Below are positions 58,929-64,000 of a stretch of DNA of 64,000 nt, piece by piece (position 1 is the stretch's first letter; the number at the start of each line of letters is the position of its first letter). The stretch is from NCBI RefSeq assembly GCF_000143415.4, contig NW_003314319.1, forward strand, positions 400,365 through 464,364. Direction: 5' to 3'. This DNA is from Selaginella moellendorffii (Eukaryota; Plantae; Lycopodiophyta). The translations under genes were made by a program, and so were the position numbers. The notes under the pieces were generated by a model, which saw only the letters and a list, made by a program, of their open reading frames with translations, was not told where the DNA came from and ran no database searches.

Positions 58929-59039
58929 GCCCTAAAAGATGACCTCTAAGCCTTCCTTCTTGGAATCAAACTTGTTCCTTTGGAGCAGCTTTATAGATGT
59001 AAATTTAATGAGAATTACAATGATTTCCAACAAACTCCA

Positions 59040-59218
59040 CTACGTCTTTCTTGTAGAGTCACCAGCTTTACCCATGTTGTCAGCAAATTCTCCAATGGCA
59101 TGGCCAATGCAAGCAAGACTGATGCCAATACAGAGGCCACATATTCCAAGCCCAAGTCCAATCCCAGTACCCAGCGAATAGAGACCATCCCTTATCGCAA
59201 CCCCATTTGAACTGTAAC
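59040..59218 (-). other. Candidate last exon of a small Gly-rich membrane protein
   Basis: After TTTAG the frame reads YSSNGVAIRDGLYSLGTGIGLGLGICGLCIGISLACIGHAIGEFADNMGKAGDSTRKT*. No upstream exon was identified. Confidence 0.35.
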
Positions 59219-60297
59219 CTAAACATGAGATATAGATATAAACAAGAATATATTATGAAGTGTTTAATTTATAAACATGCATATAAATTATAAATATGAA
59301 ATTAATTAAAATGTATAATACCCATTAGGTGATAGAATATTTTAGAATATTTAAGCATATTTAACTATATTCACTACTGCTAAAAAAAGAAGTGTATGAC
59401 TATAATATATAAGAATGTAAGAGTAAAAAAAAACCATACATATTTCTATACAAAATCATTCACAAATTTGAATTTAACATAAAAAACCATGCAAAATCCA
59501 AAAACAAAGCATCAATTTGGTACTATGAGAGTCTTTTTTCACAGGTAAACCACTGGCAACTGTTGCCATTAAACCTGAGACCAAGAGTCCTTTGAGCTGG
59601 CCTATATTCATTCCGCCCAAATACCTGAGGTCTACCAACAATCTTAAATTATAACAAAAGATTACCACATATTTCAAAGCTTCTGCTGAACATAGAAAAG
59701 ATCGATGGTAAGATTTGTCAATAAATTTTCAGGCAATGGAAAACACGTAGTGAAGTTTGTAATTGGAATCCCAACCCTATCACACAAAGGATCATTGGCA
59801 CACCGAACCCCGGCCACCATGGGCCAGGTAGTTGGCCCGCCAGCTCTTTCAAAGTATGGTAATTATCAAGCAAACCACTCCTCCAAAACATATCACCTTG
59901 ATGTATCAAATAGATCATAAGAAACTAACACATATTATGATAAGAAACTGAGTATAAAATTGCATTGGCTTATCAAAGATTAGCTATATAAATTATTGAC
60001 CATAATCCTTCGTGACCAACCAGCTGGTGTTTTAACCTCCACTACAGCCGCTCTCCTAGGTCCTGGCCGTAAATATTCTAGAATGTTTTGAGCCCTCTCT
60101 AGTAAATGCTCAATGTTGGAAACAAGCGATTCTGGAAGGCAAAGGATGCATCTTTGATATATTAAACATTGAAGAGGAGAAACTAAGAGTCGACCAGTAC
60201 GTGATCATTTCTATTGCCATGCAAAAGATCCCGTAGCATATTCCCTGTTACGTAAAAACCTTACAGTTACAAGAGCGCGGCTTAACGGCAGGGGCCA

Positions 60298-60955
60298 ATG
60301 CCGGCTCCAAAGCTACCGCCTCTCAATCGCAAGGCTGGTCGCCCGCCAATCCCTTTCGATCCAGCACCTGCGAGACGAAGAACCTCGAGGAAGCAAGACG
60401 CCCTCAACCGGCGGTACCAGCAGAGCTACCATGGCCTAGTTACCAACATCACCAAGTGCCTGGATCGAGCGGTCCCCAGTCACTCCCAGAGCCCACAGCT
60501 CAAGGACGTGCCACCACCGTGCCACCACCGGAGGATGTGCTCGCTCACCAGGATAGTTTTCGCCAAGCCGGTGCCTCCGGTGCCCAAGGAGGACGTGAAT
60601 CCTTTCTACGCGGTCCCCCACACCGATATCACGGCCCCCTTGAAGATCCATCCGCCGTCTCACGCCATGAAGTCGGATCCGCCGCCTTGGTTCGGACACG
60701 CCAAGACTTCCGTCACGGATCCCAGGATTGACGATGTTGCAGGTTCTCTCCTTCGTGATCTTGTAGAGATCTGAATCTTCTCCTTCGTTGATTTGATCCT
60801 GTTCTGTCTCTCCAGTTGCTCCAAGAGCTAGAAAGAGCGGCAGCTCTACCTCGAGAAGCAAATCCAGCCTTGGGAACTATGGAAGTAAGTGGAGCAAAGA
60901 GGCCAAGAACACCAATCCACCCAGATGTGCGTCCAGCCTTAGAGTCTCTTCATAA
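60298..60955 (+). CDS. Hypothetical basic, Pro-rich protein (probably 2 exons)
   Basis: GC-rich 158-codon ORF. A probable intron GTTCTC..CTCCAG (~60743-60814) continues in frame to TAA 60953-60955. No family recognised. Confidence 0.6.
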
Positions 60956-61023
60956 CCATCAGTCCCACATCTGTTTGCAATTGATAAGAATACCTTCATA
61001 CAAATAGCCGGAGTTTAGTGGTA

Positions 61024-62871
61024 TCAGAGCTCGCTTCCCATGGCTTCGAGCTTCTCCAGGATCATTCTCCGCTGCTCGTCGGTCAGCTTCGCGTCTTCTT
61101 TCCTCCAATATTGCCGGAGGTCCCAGTTCTCGGGATCGGAGTCTACAACCTGGAACAGATACACGATTTAGTTTGGATGATCAGGGCCTGAACATATAGC
61201 ATACCTCAATGTAGTTGTTGTAGTTGCCTTTTCTGTCTGGGTTCGTTATAGGAGCGTGAGGGTTGTAAGTCCATCGCTCTTTATCAATCACATATTTGTA
61301 CTCGTATCTTCCAACCTGTTTGAATCGGAAGTTCGCTCAGTGAGCCAAGAAAAGTACGTATAGCGCAGAAGCTTACAGGAAGTTCGTGTTCTAACGTCCA
61401 GTGACCATCTCTCGATATGAAATTGAATGGCAGGCGCTGAAAAAAAGAAAAAAAGAAAAAAAAACCAGAAGGCCTCAGACGCAGGTTCAACTTGAGTACT
61501 TACAGAATGCCAGCCAATGTCTAGACCAGCAACTTCAACATGCTCGCAGGTACCTCTCCTGTAGAGCAATCCAATGGGACTTCTGGTCATTCCTGTGAGC
61601 TGATCGACAGATTTCCTGCCAGGCGATTAAGTTTTAAGAAACAAAGCCGAAAGAGCTTACAGCACCAGATCACAAGTCGCTGCACGTATGTTCTCCATGC
61701 TTGGCACACACTTCCGCTTCGACTGCAAAGAAAGGGTAAGCTGGTAGAGACACATTTGCCTACCTGGAGTAGAAGGTACGCTTCATGCAAATCGTAGCCG
61801 AGTACCCAAAACATGTAGCCAAGCTGCGCACGGCAAACAAATGAAAACGTTTAAACGCTAAAAAATGAACTTACAGCAACAGCAGGAGCTCTTCCCAATC
61901 CAGCTGTGCAATGGACATAGAGTGTTCCTTCGCGGTCTTTGAGCTCCTGGTACAAGCTAGCAATGACACTCGGGAGCCGCATTCTAAGATCGAAGCCATC
62001 CATGTCCCTGCAAGAATAAAACCCTGAGAAAACTGCTTACAAAATTTCTCAAGTCAGCTTTACCGAATTGGCAGTCGAAGATGATTAAAATCGCCAACTT
62101 CCTTGGCATGATCACGGATTTCAGAGATGTCGACGTTGAAGTACCTGCATAATACATCCGTGAGGACGCTAGAAGACTTAGCAGAGACAAAGAAAACAGA
62201 GCCTACGCCATATCAGGATCTTGCTGGAGGTTGCACACCGTGGTAACATTCTCGTCTTTCTTTAGGCGATCAACATCTGCAGGATTCTGGAAAATTGTTG
62301 CTATTGGCAACTCGAAAAGAAAAAAGAAAGATAAAGAGAACCTGTAAGCAGGAACCAACGATGAGATTCGGGAGAACACGATTGTAATTCATCCCCAGCT
62401 CATGCCTATAAGTCAAGTCTGAAAGAATAACAAAAGTTCGTTCTTCGATCAGAAAAAAGCACCAGAGAAAAAAACAAGGCTTCATACCAGACTGTGTTAT
62501 CTTCTGGAACACTGCACTATAATCATCAGCTTTCTTCGAGGTTTCCTCCTTTCCTTCTTCCTCGGAAGACTGCTTAGCTTGGAACCAAATGTGAGTTAAA
62601 ACCACCAATGCATTTCCTCTCTAATCTCTAGAAACCTAGCTTACATGAGAGGCGGACACCACGAATCGCTGGGCAGAAGTCGAAGCGCGCTTACAGAGAG
62701 TCCACATTCTTCCATCCCTTCGTGTTAACCTGATTCTGGATCGATCCAAGCGCCTACCAGTTGAGAAATTCTGAAACGCTATGAACTAGATCGAGCATAC
62801 CTTTGATCGGAGAGCGCCCGGCGCTGGATTTGAAGAAACGCCAGGCGAGGGCACAGCGCCTCCGCCGCCAT
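61024..62871 (-). CDS. SEX4: Phosphoglucan phosphatase SEX4/DSP4 (transit peptide, DSP, CBM48), multi-exon
   Basis: [21 protein letters not shown], catalytic [12 protein letters not shown] and [12 protein letters not shown]. Last exon ends LEAMGSEL* (TGA 61024-61026). Confidence 0.93.
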
Positions 62872-63276
62872 AGCGTGATTTTCCACAACGAACACGAGAT
62901 GCCACGTGACAAATAAAATTTCTAGGCCTAGGGCTACATTTGCCTCCAAACATAATGTTTGAATTTGGAGTGATGAGTTTCCTTGTGTAAAGTGTCAATA
63001 CTTAGCACTGCAAATGCCAACGAGCGGCATTCCAACGAATCAAAAGAATACGCTCACCTTGGTCTCTCAATCGTTATTGGATCGTGTTTTATGTCTCTCT
63101 CCTCGATTTGTAAGCGTTGAAGAGCTTTTCTTCTCTACATTTTCTACTTTGGCATCGAACGTTTGTTGTTCCGGTTCTTCCCTACGCAATTCTGTTGATC
63201 AAACATTATAATCTCGTTTTCCAGATGAAATCGTCGACTAACCTTTGTCTTAAACTCGGTCCGGTTGCCAGCGACA

Positions 63277-64000
63277 TCACAGCGCAGCGATGCACTCGAT
63301 TTCAATACGGGCATTTAAAGGCAAGGCAGCTACTTGATACGTGGATCGTGCAGGAGCTGGAGCTGGAAAATCTGCACAAGCCGCACGGTATCTCACTGGA
63401 ATTAATTTCCCCCTGGAGGAAGCCAAGAGAGCAAAGTAAAGCAAGAGGGAAAAGGAGCTCACTTACATCTGGCATAAATCTCATTCACTGCCTTGAAGTC
63501 CGCAAGATCAGCCAGCCTAGGAATTCGAAAGTTGACATCAGAAAGCGTCTAGCTAGCCAGCTGATGAATGACACACAACCAAAGCAGAAACAGCGATGGA
63601 TAAATGGCATAGCGACAGGGAAATGGGAAGCCAAGCATCGATCGGAAGAGAGAGGACACCCTTACATGATAGTTGTCTTCACCACAGACTTGTAGCTAAC
63701 ACCGGCAGCTTTCAGAATCTCACCCATGTTCTTGAGTACCTGCACAGAAAAGAAAGGAGAAACGATAGAGGAATCAAAACGCCCTGCCCGAAAACTACAA
63801 CACAATAACACACCCTACCTGTTCGGTCTGTCCTTCGACACTGTCAGAAACAAATTTTCCAGTCTGTAAAGGGAGGCGAGATCGCTGGTTAATGAAGTGA
63901 AAGTTCCCGACTCATGACGTGACACGAACGTACTTAGAGAGCGAGCATGGAAAGCAGAAGCACAGGAAAACGAAGAGGGCAATTTACATGCAATGCAATG
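63277..64000 (-). CDS. RidA: Reactive intermediate deaminase RidA (YjgF/YER057c/UK114), 3' part; the 5' end is outside the window
   Basis: Exons TGKFVSDSVEGQTEQ, VLKNMGEILKAAG..Y.SVVKTTIM, LADLADFKAVNEIYA and FPAPAPARSTYQVAALPLNARIEIECIAAL*. Confidence 0.93.

Noticed and set aside
61019-61030. TGGTATCAGAGC, a perfect tRNA-iMet PBS motif
   Set aside because: It overlaps the last codons and stop of SEX4 on the other strand, and no LTR ending in CA precedes it. Most likely coincidence.

Overview
Eukaryotic land-plant genomic DNA. The organism is most likely the lycophyte Selaginella. This is inferred from the very compact gene spacing, ~50-70 nt introns and short-motif-rich PPR genes, and is not proven. 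Gene-dense, GC-rich blocks alternate with AT-rich blocks of transposon debris. Genes: molybdenum cofactor sulfurase (ABA3), PP4 catalytic subunit, a DUF1191 protein, BRK1 (missed by the ORF track), a SERAC1-like ARM/alpha-beta hydrolase, a WAC-DDT-WSD chromatin protein, Werner-like exonuclease (WEX), a PLS-type PPR gene plus two decayed copies, an orphan six-exon gene that looks like a very divergent ARID + alpha-crystallin protein, a plastidic-type glucose transporter, two small hypothetical genes, an LR-type serpin, an LRR receptor-like protein plus a decayed copy, another orphan, SEX4, and the 3' part of RidA. Mobile DNA: an intact young Ty3/gypsy element (174-bp LTRs, tRNA-Ala PBS, 4-bp TSD) whose gag/pol overlap has a GGGAAAC slippery site followed by a predicted H-type pseudoknot. 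There is also a three-level nest: a non-coding LTR element with the same PBS/PPT/4-bp-TSD signature, containing a 5S-rRNA-bearing Cassandra-like TRIM with unmatched LTR 5' halves, which in turn contains a MITE. Solo LTRs and a decayed pogo-like transposase are also present. Several duplicated gene copies are eroded by many short deletions, a number of them flanked by microhomology. All coordinates were read by hand, and exon structures are predictions.
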